Below, in pieces: positions 51,697 to 64,000 of a stretch of 64,000 nucleotides of DNA; the first letter of the stretch is position 1, and the number at the start of each line of letters is the position of its first letter. Source of the DNA: Botryllus schlosseri (Eukaryota); the NCBI GenBank assembly GCA_051294905.1, contig CM119371.1:15192001-15256000 (forward strand), in the 5' to 3' direction. Under the pieces are notes generated by a model that saw only the letters and a program-made list of their open reading frames with translations, did not search any database and was not told where the DNA came from. Made by a program: the position numbers and the translations under genes.

Positions 51697-54600
51697 TACA
51701 GGCAGTAGTTATTGTGCCGGATGAAATACCAATGCTGGCTTAATACCTTGTAGCCTGCAAGCAACTACTGGTTTCGATCACCAATAAAACAGCAGCGAAG
51801 AAAAAGAGACAGTTAACACGTGCCATCACCTATTCAAGAAAAAGAGGAAGATTGCTTCAGGTCTAGCCGGAGAAAACATACTAGGGGATGAAGTGGAAAG
51901 ACACTTTGCAGCAGAACTTGAGAGCATGAGCTGTGATGTTTTGAGTTAAAGGAAAAGAGAGATAGTTTTGCTCATCGTAAGGCTGCTGCTCGATAACTCG
52001 TTGCTGCGACTGCAATATCATCCCGCCAGAAAGACTTTTCAGCCTAGTCTAAGAGAACTGTAAAGTGAGACAGAGAGAGAGAGAGAGAGGGAGTTTTAGT
52101 GAACGAGCTTGGTGTACAGACATTGATCATTTTCATGCTTGAATTGATATGAGCTCAACTTGAATTTTGCTGCTAATTCTTTCTCATTCGGACTTTCATT
52201 CAATTTTTGGGAATTCACTAATTCTGATTCTAATACAATCTGTAAAAATTGTGTATCTATATTTCTAATCTAATTTTTAAAAACTGTGTAGCTCTAATTC
52301 TAATCCAATTTGGAAAAACTGAAGGTTTTCTAGAGTTCTCCAAGTCTGGTCTCAGAAGCAATCTGGCTGTTGACCAGCGTAATCTAATACTGACCTTCAT
52401 ATCCAATTTCAGATAACGAAGGAAGCTTTGGCGCTGGCCCTTTCCTACCAGAGGATGGTGAGACGGGTCTTTTCCCGCGTCTACTCTCTTTCCCGGAAGA
52501 GCTACTTGTTGCCAATCCTGGACTGCGGTTACTGGAATCTGAATAGGTTATTAATTCCGATGAATTGACTCGAGTACTGAAATTACACAATCCTTGTTAT
52601 TATGAGGTTGGTTTCCATGCATTGGCCAGATTTTAATATGTATTTTCGAAATAAGGACAACACTAGCTTTCGATTAAGTCCAGTTTTAATAAATTTTAGC
52701 GCACGGGTCGCCAGCTATAGGACTACATATAACGCTGATTCTGCCCTGCTCAGCAGTCAACCGCACGACTGGAGCTGCATATCTATCCGTAGGTTGGTAA
52801 TCTATACTCCAACTGTGGGACTCACTTTCTGAAAGCTGTTGAGCAGTGTGTGTATTTGCCGAGGGAAGAGAGTCCAACCAGGACCGGATTCGTTTTGTCT
52901 TCTCGGCCTTCGACGGCGATGCGGACATGGCATTCCCGCTGCGACTAACGAAAAATTCAGTTACTGTAACACATATATTTCACAGCATATTTCATACTTT
53001 GAGGTGTTGGAGACGAACATACCACAAAACAGGCACATAGCCAGATGAGAAAAAGGGCGGTGTTTTGAAGAAAGCGGGTGTTTTGAAGAAAGGACGTGTT
53101 TTGAACACTGGACGTTTTACATTCTATCTGATTTTTCGGGCTAAATATATGCACAAATGCCTCTACTGCAGGAATGAGATAATATCGCACATAATAACAA
53201 CTCCACACTCATATACAACGCCCCGCAAATGGTGAAGCGGGATTTCGCATTTAAATTATTAGCGACCTCAACTTGATATCATATGACAGAGCCAGTTTCA
53301 CGAATGTTGATGTATCCTTTCGGAATATGTTAAACCCGACGTTTCAATCATTTTTATTTCGGCCCGTAACACACTCACAGAACCCAGTTGTATTATGAAG
53401 ATATATAACCACTAAAAAAATGTTCAATGCGGAATCCGTTACGAATTAGCTCAGTTGTTGAAATCACAACTGCCCACCTTTCTGATCTTCTGGCACTCGG
53501 GCCTGCCACTTCCTCCTGTTCCGTTGCCACCGTGGTTGACTCGGCAACGGGAGTGCGCGCTCTCTTTATGCTGTTTATTGATTACAGGTTAAAATCGAAC
53601 CAACAAGATACGTAAAGGAAAATAATTTCCTCACTAGAACTCGAAACTACCGATGAACGGGGCTGGATGATTACGACAATCATCCGAGTAATCGATTCAG
53701 AATCGAGTAATAATTCTAAAGCTTGAAGCCGAGTAGAAAGAGTTGAATTCTCGGAGGGGAAATTTAAGCTCTAATTTCAGCCGATGGGGTCCACACGATG
53801 GGTTGGGAACCACTGTGTTAGAGTATATTTTGTAAAGTGGAAGTTTTATTTCTAAATTGAAAGCAGTGAATCACATTGTTAACACATGCTGCTAACTGGA
53901 AATTATTATTCGGGGCTTGCTAAGATAGCTACATATTTTATGATGACATGATTCATGTGTCTTCAACTCCTCATGCATGACGTCTATATCTTCTAATTTA
54001 GACAAATCATGTTCACTCTTTACCAAGTATAATTATATTAAAATACTTCTGAATCGTTTTTTTTCTCGTGCCAGGCATGATTTGCTTCATAAGAAAATCA
54101 CACGTATATGATGTGTGAGCAATGTGGTTATGCAAGGCCGGACAAATTCATCCCGGTCTGCTTCAAACTTTGCACAAGTAGAATATGCCATTGTTGGGGT
54201 AGATTTTATACAGGCGTCAAATATCGCCGATACTAACTCCGGCAGAAATTTTTTTTAAAACTCTTTCACCTGGGAAGAAATTGCTTTTTTAGTTGGACCA
54301 CATTTCCTGGTGGTAGGTTACCCATAGTATGCGAATCGACGACCGACGCCTCACTCGAAGTGGAGGAAATCTCGTCACCTGAAAAAAATACACAAGTGCT
54401 ATCCATCCGTCCGATATCAGAGAAAGGAAAGCAACTTCAAGTCATACATACCTTCCCCCTCGCTCTCCTTGTGTTCCTGGACCCTGTTTGTACAGTAGGC
54501 AGGTTAAAATCGATCTAATAACATGTAAAGATGCCTCACTGGTACTGTTGAAGTTTGATTATTTTTTGTCATTTGAATATGCTTTTAGAAGTGCATAATT

Positions 54601-54888
54601 TCAATGACCCAACAAAAATATATTCATACAACCAATTTTATTTCACTCAATGCATTTCCCATGATTCTCATCAGGACCAAATGTCAGGCTGTTCTTACAC
54701 CTGCGACCGACCAAAAATGACTTGTAGCATTTTTCGAAAACGGATTTAGTTACTGCACCACGCATATATTTCGCAGCATTCTTCGCAAGCACATTTCATA
54801 CTTTGAGGTGATGCAAATGAACATACTACAAATCAGCTTTCCTCTTATTAAATTATAAGTGTGAGAAGCAATTATCGAACAGAGAGTA

Positions 54889-55275
54889 CCGTAATTTTCC
54901 ATGTATAATGCGCAAAATTTTACAAATGTTTTGTCGTAAGATCGGAAGGGTGCATGTTATGCATGGGTACAACAAGCCTTGAAAAAAATATCCCCTGAAA
55001 TCACACCTGTTTGTTTTAACCACGCATCACATTCAGCCAACGTGCCCAGTAATTCGCAGGGTTTGGCTGCTATCTACTATTGTTTCACAGAGACAATGCT
55101 GTCAAGTGTATAATGATTAGCGATTGTTTTGTCATGATTGTTCAACAGTGACATCGCAAACAGAATGACATATACGAATGCTAAAACTTAATTATTCTCG
55201 TACTGCGAATGCAGGCAGTGTACTATACGTGGGTACAGGCTTTTTCCAGAATTTACATCCCATGGAAAATTACAG
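54889..55275. mobile_element. Tigger/pogo-like MITE
   Basis: TIR ccgtaattttccatg/catggaaaattacag with TA on both flanks. Confidence 0.75.
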
Positions 55276-56259
55276 TAATTCTAATTCTAGTTCCAGTTGC
55301 GGATATTGAAAAGTTGGTAGCTTGTCAGAATGTAAGATCGCCATCCAGCATGTCAAATCTACATCAGCGGTTTCAATTCTTACCAAAATTGACGGACAGG
55401 ACAGATTTTGTAAAATTTCACCTGCCTCGGTAAAAGTTGTAACCTCCTCACAAGGTTCCGAGAAAAAAGTCAATTTTACTCATATAATATGACTCGAGTC
55501 AGGTTGAGTCATTTTCAATTCATCACTGTGTCAAGTCTGAGTCCGAGTCATGGGGCAAAGGATCCAAGCCATAGTGTTCGCAGTTCATTATCGAGTTCAA
55601 ATCAGTTTCAAATCAACACACAAGACTCAAGTCAAGCCATATAGAATGTCTCGGGTCATATGACTTGGTCGATTTTAATACAATGACTCGTCGAGTTCCG
55701 TGATTTTACATGTATAACAAAATTAGAGTCCAGTCGAACAAAAATTGCAACTCGAGTCATTACAACCAAGAGGAAAACATATTTACCAAGCGTAACCTCA
55801 CCTGAACGACTTGGGCGTCGATTTGTCCTTGGGCGTTGACTGGAACTTTGGTGGCGACTTGAGCCTTGTCGGCGACTTGGACTTCGCAGTCAACTTTGAC
55901 TTGGGCGTCGACTTTGACTTGGCCTTCACAGCAGATCTTGTAGTTGGCCCCCGTGATCTGTCATCTGTCGTTGATTTTGCAACTGAATTTCGGTGTCCAA
56001 TATTTTCAATACTATATGTGCGCAACATTTAGCAGGATGTTCACAAGAACATTCCTTTCGTGCAAGGAAATTCAGAGTCAAGCCGCAATCGCATTACTTA
56101 CAACGTACAGTCATAGTAGTTATTGTGACAAATAAAATACGTATGCTGGTCTAGTAGTTTTGAACTTGCCAACATCTTCTATTTTCCATCAAAACAGGAC
56201 GGCAGCGAAGAAAATACTTAGTTAACATAGGCTTGTTCAGACCTACCGAAAGAAAACAT

Positions 56260-56450
56260 ATTGGGGGATGAAGTGGAATGATATTTCGCAGCAGAGAGTG
56301 AGAGCATGGGCTGTGATGTTTTTAGTTACTGGAAAAGAGAAATCGTTTTGCTCATCCCAGGGCCGCTCCTCGAAAACTCGTATGCATGACTACAACATCA
56401 CGTCCATTGGAAAGTGTTTTCAGCCATGCAAGAGAACAGCATAGGGATAA
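56260..56450 (+). mobile_element. Fossil hAT dimerisation domain in an intron, present in all four tandem units
   Basis: DEVE*YFAAESESMGCDVFSYWKRE..TTTSRPLESVFSHA; paralogues at about 46050-46230, 51885-52050 and 61950-62190. Confidence 0.65.
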
Positions 56451-59400
56451 AGAGAAAGATAGTTTTGTTGAACGAGCCAAGCTTGGTTTACAGACATTAA
56501 TCATTCTTGTGCTTGATTTGATATGAACGAACTACACTTGAAGTTTGCTGCATATACTTTCTCATTCACAATTTCACGTAATTTTTGAGAATTCACTAAT
56601 TCTAATACCAATCTAATATGGAAAAACTGTGTAGCTCCATTCTAATTCTAACCCAATCTGTGAAATATTGTGCAATTCTAATTCTAATCTAATTTAAAAA
56701 CACTGTGTAGCTCTAATTCTAATAAAATTCATGCAATTCTAATTCTGATCCAATTTGGTAAAACTGGAGTTTCTAGTTTTCCAAGTCTGGTCTCAGAAGC
56801 CATTTGGCTGTTGACCAGCGAAATCTTATACTGACCTTCATATCCATATTCAGGTGCCGAGGTACGCTTTGGCGGAGGTCCGCTTCCATCAGAGGATGGC
56901 GAGACGGGCCTTTTCCGGCGTCTAGTCCCTTGCCTGGCAGAGCCCCTTGGTTGAAATCCTGGAATGCGGTTACTGGAACCTGAACAGAGTATTATTGCTG
57001 ATGATTCGAGTGCACTGTGCACACTATGCATGTGAGCGTTAGCACAGCAGTCGCATATCCATCCTTAGGTTGGTAATCTATATTTCAAGAGTCAGACTCA
57101 CTTTTCGACAGCTGTTGAGCCAAGGGTTTTGCTGCCGAGTGAAGAAAGTCCAACAAGGTCAGCAGACGTTTCGTTTTCTCTTCCTGGGACAGTTCGGTCT
57201 CCTCACACCTGCTACTAACAAAAAATGACATATAGCAATTTTCGACAATGAATCAAGATTATGTAACACATATCATTTGCAGCATATTTCACAAGCATTT
57301 ACATACTTTGAGGTGATGTGACCGCAGTGGAAAAAATAGGTGGTGTATCAAAACAGGATGTTTTAAATTATATCAGATTTATTGGGCTAAATATATGCAC
57401 AAATGCCTCTACTGCAGGAATCAGATAATCTCGCACATATCAACAACTCCACACTCATATATAAAGCCCCGCCAATGTCGAAGCGGGATTTCACATGATT
57501 TCGCATTTAAATTAATAGCTACCTCAACTTGATAACATTCAACAGAACCCTTTTGACAAATGGTAATGTATCCCGTCATCAAGTATAGCATTAGCATCAA
57601 GTATAAAAACCCGCTTTGCACTCTGATCAATGTCAGACGCCGAATACATTGTCTGGACTGACCTAGACCGTTACGGTGTAAGCTAATATTCCTTGCAAGT
57701 CGTCGTCGAATTTATTGGCAAAGCGATGGCATATATTGATTTCATGGGATCATTATATTATTTGATTGCACCACTTGATACATTTGGCGTTATTTATAAC
57801 GTCAATATGTATTTCAGCATTGTAGCATTTTGTGGCCCGACTCGTCTCTAGGCATCGTGTACAACTTATACATTTGTATACGCTATCACTTCACTGAAAT
57901 GTTGGGTTGGAACTAGCTATATGACGTCATGAGGTTCATGTTCGCGTTCACACAGAACCTTTTAAAAAGGTTCACGCTCACACGAACCCGAACATTTCAG
58001 AGGTTCACACCATCCCTAGTCCCTACCAAGTGCAACAATTATATTCTGATATTTCTTAATGAGATTTTTCTCCTGCCGTCATGAATTGCTACGATAGGAA
58101 ATCACACTCACACGATGTGTGTGCAATGTAAATGCGGTATGCAAGATCGGACAATTTCACCCCGGTCTGTTTCAAACTTTGCACGAGTAGATTATGACAT
58201 TGTTAGGATAGATTTTAGTTGGGGCGTCAAATATCGCCAATACAAACTCCAGCGGAAACTTTTTTAAAAACTTTTTCACCTGGGAAGAAATTGCTTTTTT
58301 AGTTGGATCACATTTCCTGGTAGTTTGTTACCCATAGAATACGAGTCGTCGGAAGCCACCTCACATTCGCTGGAGGAAATCTCGTCACCTGAAAAAATAC
58401 GCATGTTTTATCCATCGGCCTAATATCAAGAAGGGAGACCAACGTCAAGTCATACACACCTTCCCCCTCGCTTTCCTTGGTTTCCTGGACCCTGTTTGTA
58501 AATAGGGAGGTTAAAATCGAACTAATAACATGTAAAGACGGCTCACTGGCACTCGAAACTGCCAATAGACAGTGCTGGATGATGATGACAATGATATGAG
58601 TCATCAAATGTGAATCGAGAAATTATTCTAACGATTCGAGTCAAGTATGACTTGATGATTATTTCAAGTACTTAAACTATACGCTCATTCCCAGCAAGAG
58701 TTATTTTGTCATGAGTAGGGTTAGTTCGGATATCAATAATTTTCACTATCCGGATAACGGATATATCCGGATATTTTGGAATTTATCTAACCGGTTAACC
58801 GGATAATAACTGCTAAGTGAGACAATCGATTTCATTAGGTCTGCATGTAAAACGGATCGCAAAATCATTACACAGTGTTATTGTAGTATTGCAGTATGAG
58901 CGAATACGAGAAAAACCACGCAAATTTCATGTTCACTGCTTCTGCAATGCCCGCTCTATAAAGCACAGATGCATCAATTGTGGGATCCTGTAGCCGGGAC
59001 CGGAATTTTGTAACAAAGAGTCCACGTTCATTGAATGCTTTTTCAGCTTCCACAGAAGTGGGCTGAATAGAAAGCAGCGCTTCATAGAGAGTCAAAAGGT
59101 TGGCAGGTCGTACGCCGGAAACTTCAACGGCTTTACATCCTTTTGACCATCCTTATGTTTAGGTTTGGAGTACTAGAAAGACGACTAGCTGATACTGGAA
59201 TTGATGCCGACATGATACCTCGCTCTAATTCACGTGATCAGTCACGCAGCCAGCCGAAAATGTAGGGGGATTGAAATAAAATCAGGGGGTTTCGATCTTT
59301 TTTTTCGAATTAATCATCAGTGGAAATCAACTACGCTTGCACGCACGCACATTTTTGCGAACATTCGATGTCATTCAGTTTCGCGGTGTCACTCTCAGAA

Positions 59401-59782
59401 TCACTAATTAGAATACACTTAACGGCATATCGTCAACAAGCCATGGAGAGATAGGAGCCAATGCATGCTGGGTCCGAGATGGTTAGGCCAGCGATTATAT
59501 CGTTCGTAGGCCTATTGCAGATGCGATTGTGTAGGTCAACGATAATATCGTGAGCACCAAGCCAATGAAGATGCGATTGTGCAGGCCAGCGATGGAATAG
59601 TGTGTACACTGCACATGGCCTATTGCAGATGCGATTCTTCAATCCAGTGGAACTATCGGCTTGTTGAAGACGCGATAAATCAGGCCAGAGACGATAGCCG
59701 AGCGCGCGGCAATCAATGACCTAATTTAACGATCTTCTCAGCAGGAGATCGCGTCACATTACATTGTGCAATGTGTACAGAC

Positions 59783-60664
59783 TAGGGTTGGGACTTCGGG
59801 ATCAAATTTGAAATCCCGGGATCGGGATTTCCCGGGATTTTCGCTCCTCAATCCCGGGATTAGAAAAGTAGTAAAATACACATACAAATTACACAAATAA
59901 CATTTAGTCCTTTTGATATTGAATTGACGCAAAACATATGAGCATCAAGAGTAACTTCGTTTAGATCAGGGGTCCCAAACTCCAATTTGCTCGCGGGCCA
60001 ATTTCGTAGTTTTTGATGACGCGGCGGGCAGCAGCATCAAATAGGGGTATAATATGTATTTCCAAGTACGCCTTTTTTGTCGGACCTTGCAGATTGGCAT
60101 TTCATACACATTGTGAAAATGTAATACACTATTGTAATATTCACGGTTGCCACGAAAAGTCATATTTTTCAATATTTTTTAAAAATATTGTTGTGCTTGG
60201 CATAATTTGGCGACATAAGGAGTTATATAGACAGTTAGAAACCATGCGAGACGACAAATGCATCGTGTCATCGTAAAAGCTGTCGCATTATAATTTAGCA
60301 GCTATTGGATGTTTGATGTGTGATAGCGATTCAGGTTTTTGGAGTGGTTTCAGAATGAAATTTCAAGATCTCAAATCCGAAATCTGAAATTTTCGAGTTT
60401 AATATTGTCGAATGCTTGAAAAGTCAAAACGCCGACGTGGGCCGCAAAAACAGTTCTGGCGGGCCGCGTGTTTGAGGCCACTGTTCTAGACAATCAGCCG
60501 AGCTTGTGACACTGCTTTATTACCAAAATAAGAGATATGGCGCTACATAATCCTTGGTAGATGCTGTTCACAAATCCCGGGATTTCATCGTGAGAAATCC
60601 CGGGATCGGGATTGCTTCAAATCCCGGGATCCCGGGATCGGGATTTCCCGGGGTCCCAACGCTA
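59783..60664. mobile_element. hAT MITE nested in 58716-60883
   Basis: TIR tagggttgggac/gtcccaacgcta; perfect TSD gtacagac; atcccgggat subterminal repeats. Confidence 0.9.
59967..60483. mobile_element. Charlie-like hAT MITE (innermost)
   Basis: Termini caggggtcccaaac/gtttgaggccactg with gcgggcc motifs; degenerate TSD gtttagat/ttctagac. Confidence 0.7.
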
Positions 60665-62391
60665 GTACAGACGCATCTCGCTAATTGGCAACACGCTTCT
60701 CGTTAATCGGCCGCACCAACACTGAATACAACTTATTGAAGCTTACTAAAACGTGTAAAATGCATTAGCAACGATTCTTTTTTATCCGGTTAACCGGCAG
60801 AAAAATATCCGGATATCAGATAGTGAAAATACCTGCGGTTAACCGGTTAACCGGTTAACCGTTATCCGGATAATCCAACCCTAGTCATGAGCCTTCTCAA
60901 GCTAGATTGGTTGTACTGAAACATACAAAACTAACGTTGGCGGAACAGAGATATCTGTGAAGTCCAAATGACTCAGCATTTTCACCAAGTGCAATTAAAT
61001 AGGCGGTGAAACAATGAGCGGGAGGGCAGCTGAAATTCCAAGAATATTTGAAGCAATAAGTCTTCGTTTAGTAGAGTCCTACTAGTTTGTCGTGGGGAGG
61101 TCGCCGTCGCCGTCCATCAACAATAAAGTTTATTTCACCAGACTGTACACTGCTCGGGAGGCAGCGACCAAGACAAGCTTCGCAGTATCCTAAATACATA
61201 TTTATGATCCTAATAAATGATGACGGCGAATAATTATTATTTTTGATAATCAACCGACACTTTCTTATTATCAAATACCTATACATCGACTTATCACCAT
61301 GTATTAACAATGTAATTCACTGCTTTCAATTCAGAAATACAATGAATAAATCACGGGATATACTTTGGATTTTCAACTCGGCCCGCCAAGCTATTTTCTG
61401 CTTTCATTTGACACGCGGGGAAAATGATTGCATACCCTTGCCATATTGAATGTCTCAGGTCATGTAACTTGGTCGTGTTAATACAAAAAGAGTTAGGTCA
61501 TTTTCCATGCATAACAAATGACTCGTCTCAAGTCAAAGAAAAATTGCAACTCGAGTCATTACAACCAAGGGAAAAACTGTTTTACTGAGCACAGCCTCAC
61601 CTTGTTGACTTGGCCTTGGGTGTCGGCTTGGACTTGGCCTTCCCAGCAGGCTCTGCAGTTGGCTCCCGGGAACTGTGATCTGTCGTTGATTTTGCAACTG
61701 AATTTTGGTGTCAAATATTTCCAATACTACATGACCGCGATATTTTGCAGGACGCCGTACAGTCATAATAGTTATTGACAAATAAAATACCCACGTTGGC
61801 ATAGTAGCTTGTAGCCTGCAAACAACTTCTAGTTTTGATCACAAACAGAACAGCACCATAGAAAAAGACATAGTTAACACAGGCTCTCAACTACATCAAG
61901 ATAAAAGAGGAAGATTGTTTAAGATCTGTTCAAAGAAAATATATTAGGTAATGAAGTGGAAAGATATTTCGCAGCAGAGCTTGAGAGCATGGAATGTGAT
62001 GTTCATCATCATCGTCATTGGTTTATTAGCAATTTTATTAGTTCAATACACCACAAAAAATGCGATACAATGAACAGACAGGAAGTTACTGGAAAAGATG
62101 AAGCGTTTTGGTTATCCCGAGGCTGCTGCTCGACAACTCGCAGGTGTGCCTGCAACATCCTCTCGATCAAAATGAGTTTTCAGCCAAGGATGCACAAGAG
62201 CTGTTTAGCGCGAAAGAGAGAGAGATAGTTTCAATAAGCGAGCCAAGTTTGGTCTACAGACGTTAAATTTTTTCTCATTCCGAATTTTCATTCAATATTT
62301 GCGAATTAACTAATTCTAATCTAACTTGTAGAGCTTCTTGGAGGTACAGAACTTCAATATACATTTGAACAGTCTATCCATGTTGAAATGA

Positions 62392-62425
62392 ACCCGAATA
62401 TTTTCGGCTGACGCTCGTCAGGGGT
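62392..62425 (-). ncRNA. Minimal hammerhead motif
   Basis: Minus strand reads acccCTGACGAgcgtcagccGAAaatattCgggt. Confidence 0.7.
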
Positions 62426-63162
62426 AATCGTCAGCAACTAGTTGAGTATCGGAAAGAGCGTTGTATATCAACAATCGTATCACAAAATATGACGTCACCT
62501 GCATGAAATTTCGAATGAGAGAGCGTTCAATGTACTATTTTTAGGTGGTACATGAACCCCTTTTGTTGACAGAGTTTTGGTTGGTGTATTTTGATAAAAG
62601 TCGACTCCAAGGCACGCAAATGGAGATGTGAACATCCCCTTCCAACGACGTGAAATCTGTCGTCTCGATAATTACTCGCACAAATCGGATTATTCAACAA
62701 ATGTTTGCTGATCGCAGAATCAGATCATCGGGATCGTGACAGCGTCCGCAGGAACGCATAAACAAGCGTGTCCCCAGATTTATCAGATCACATGTAACAC
62801 GCTAGGTTAGAAGCTCACCCTTAACTCATCCGCCTAAACTTTATGCTGACCTATCGAAGGCCATTAATTCTGCCATCAGCAAACATCTGCTGGATAATCC
62901 AATTTGTGCGAATAATTATCGAGACGACAGATTTCGCATCGTTGGAAGGGGATGTTCACACTTTTATTTGTGTGCCTTGGAGTCGACTTTTATCAAAATA
63001 CACCAACCAAAACTCTGTCAACAAAAGGGGTTCGTGTACCACTCAAAAAACAGTACATTGAACGCTGTCCCATTCGAAATTTCATGCTGGTGACGTCATA
63101 TTTTGTGATACGATTGTTGATATACAACGTTCTTTCCAATTCTCTACTAGTTGCTGACGATT

Positions 63163-63196
63163 ACCCCTGACGAGTGTCAGCTGAAAATATTCGGGT
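63163..63196 (+). ncRNA. Minimal hammerhead motif (C-to-T change in the helix II closing pair)
   Basis: acccCTGACGAgtgtcagctGAAaatattCgggt. Confidence 0.6.
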
Positions 63197-63723
63197 TCAT
63201 TTCAATATGAATATACTATTCAATCTAATTTGGAAAAAATCGTGCAATAATAAATCTAATCTAATTTGGTAAAACTGTGTAGCTCTAATTCTAATCCAAA
63301 TCTCATTCGAAAAACCGTATATCCCTAATTCGAATCCTAATATATCATTTAAAACGGAAGATTTTCTAGTTTTCCAAGTCTGGTCTCAGAAGCAATTTGG
63401 CTGTTGACCAGCAAAATCTCATACTGACCTTCATATCCATATTCAGGTGCCGAGGGTGGCTTTGGCGCAGCCCCGTTCCCACCAGATGATGGCGAGACGG
63501 GCCTTTTCCCGCTTTCAATATCTCGACTGGAAGAGCCCCTTGGTGGGGATCCTGGAATGCGGTTGCTGGAATCTGAATAGGGCATTACTTCTGATGATTC
63601 GAGTACTGGAATTATACGATCCTTGTCACTGAGACAGAATTTAGCAACAAAAATCATACTTTTCATAATATAGTGAAATCCTTGATACCTATTTTGAGGT
63701 TGGTTTCAATGCTCTGACCAGAT

Positions 63724-63791
63724 TCGGGTTCATTTCAATATGAATACACCATTCGATTGTATTTCGAAGTTCTGTACCTCCATGAAGCTCT
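63724..63791 (+). mobile_element. Short PLE tail insertion
   Basis: cgggttcatttcaatatg...gttctgtacctccatgaagctctt matches the reverse complement of 1476-1543; the paralogous site near 52625-52635 is empty. Confidence 0.8.
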
Positions 63792-64000
63792 TGAGATTTT
63801 AATATGTATTTTCGAAATAGGTGCAACACTAGCTATTGATTGAGTCAAGTTTGATTGAATTTTATCGCTCGTGTTCCCGGCTATAGGACTTCCCACAACG
63901 CTAAATTTGCCATGCTCATCGGTCAACTACACTGCGCATGTGCATGTGAGCATGATGACAGGAGCTGCATATCTATCGTTAGGTTGGTTATCTATACTCC

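Larger units (their letters stand above)
48170..53010 (-). pseudogene. Tandem gene-family unit III
   Basis: Exons 52938-52395 (nonsense and frameshift lesions), 50950-50698, 50026-49977, 49151-49055 and small exons at 48780-48335. Close paralogue of unit IV, including introns. Confidence 0.7.
54090..57320 (-). pseudogene. Tandem gene-family unit II
   Basis: Exons 57208-56836 (stop and deletion), 55982-55802 (KSTPK/KSPPK repeats), and a 3' exon cluster at 54483-54100. Confidence 0.65.
58716..60883 (-). mobile_element. Internally deleted hAT transposon (outer element of a nest)
   Basis: TIR tagggttag/ccaacccta; perfect TSD gtcatgag; remnant LLSIQPTSVEAEKAF..FVTKFRSRLQDPTIDA at 58970-59090. 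Confidence 0.9.
62330..63221 (+). mobile_element. Second PLE 3' fragment with inverted pLTR
   Basis: Same architecture as 1476-2221 with longer arms (about 62365-62720 vs 62865-63221), a decayed GIY-YIG tail and a possible TSD aatctaa(c/t)ttg. Confidence 0.88.
58080..64000 (-). pseudogene. Tandem gene-family unit I (runs off the window end)
   Basis: Exon from beyond 64000 to 63429 (interrupted by a PLE fragment), exon 61697-61601, and a 3' exon cluster 58492-58090 homologous to 54483-54100. Confidence 0.65.

Noticed and set aside
41890..53815. Charlie-like left end (41890) and right end (53815) as one giant element capturing units III and IV
   Set aside because: The flanks (tgtcagga vs tgttagag) do not form a convincing TSD, and isolated ends of this family are common here.

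Overview
AT-rich, repeat-dense eukaryotic DNA. Short GT-AG introns, an intronless kelch gene and the transposon spectrum suggest an invertebrate animal, possibly a tunicate (inference only). The left two-thirds is mostly transposon debris: Penelope-like elements with hammerhead ribozyme motifs, many hAT elements with 8-bp target duplications, an intron-containing THAP/P-element transposase cut off by a Ty3/gypsy pol with a 135-bp LTR, L1/Tx1 and CR1-like LINE remnants, further gypsy fossils, Harbinger-like, piggyBac and Tc1/mariner-like non-autonomous elements, and tRNA-derived SINEs. It also holds a frameshifted BTB-BACK-Kelch gene and a possible decayed SF1 (Schlafen-like) helicase. From about 43.2 kb to the window end is a tandem array of four partly decayed copies of an unidentified minus-strand multi-exon gene, whose Lys/Ser/Pro repeat exon changes length but keeps frame. 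The most interesting observations are the two inverted-arm Penelope elements with minimal hammerheads, a 68-nt Penelope insertion that starts at the predicted ribozyme cut site, and the tandem gene family. All calls were made by eye, without searches or alignments.
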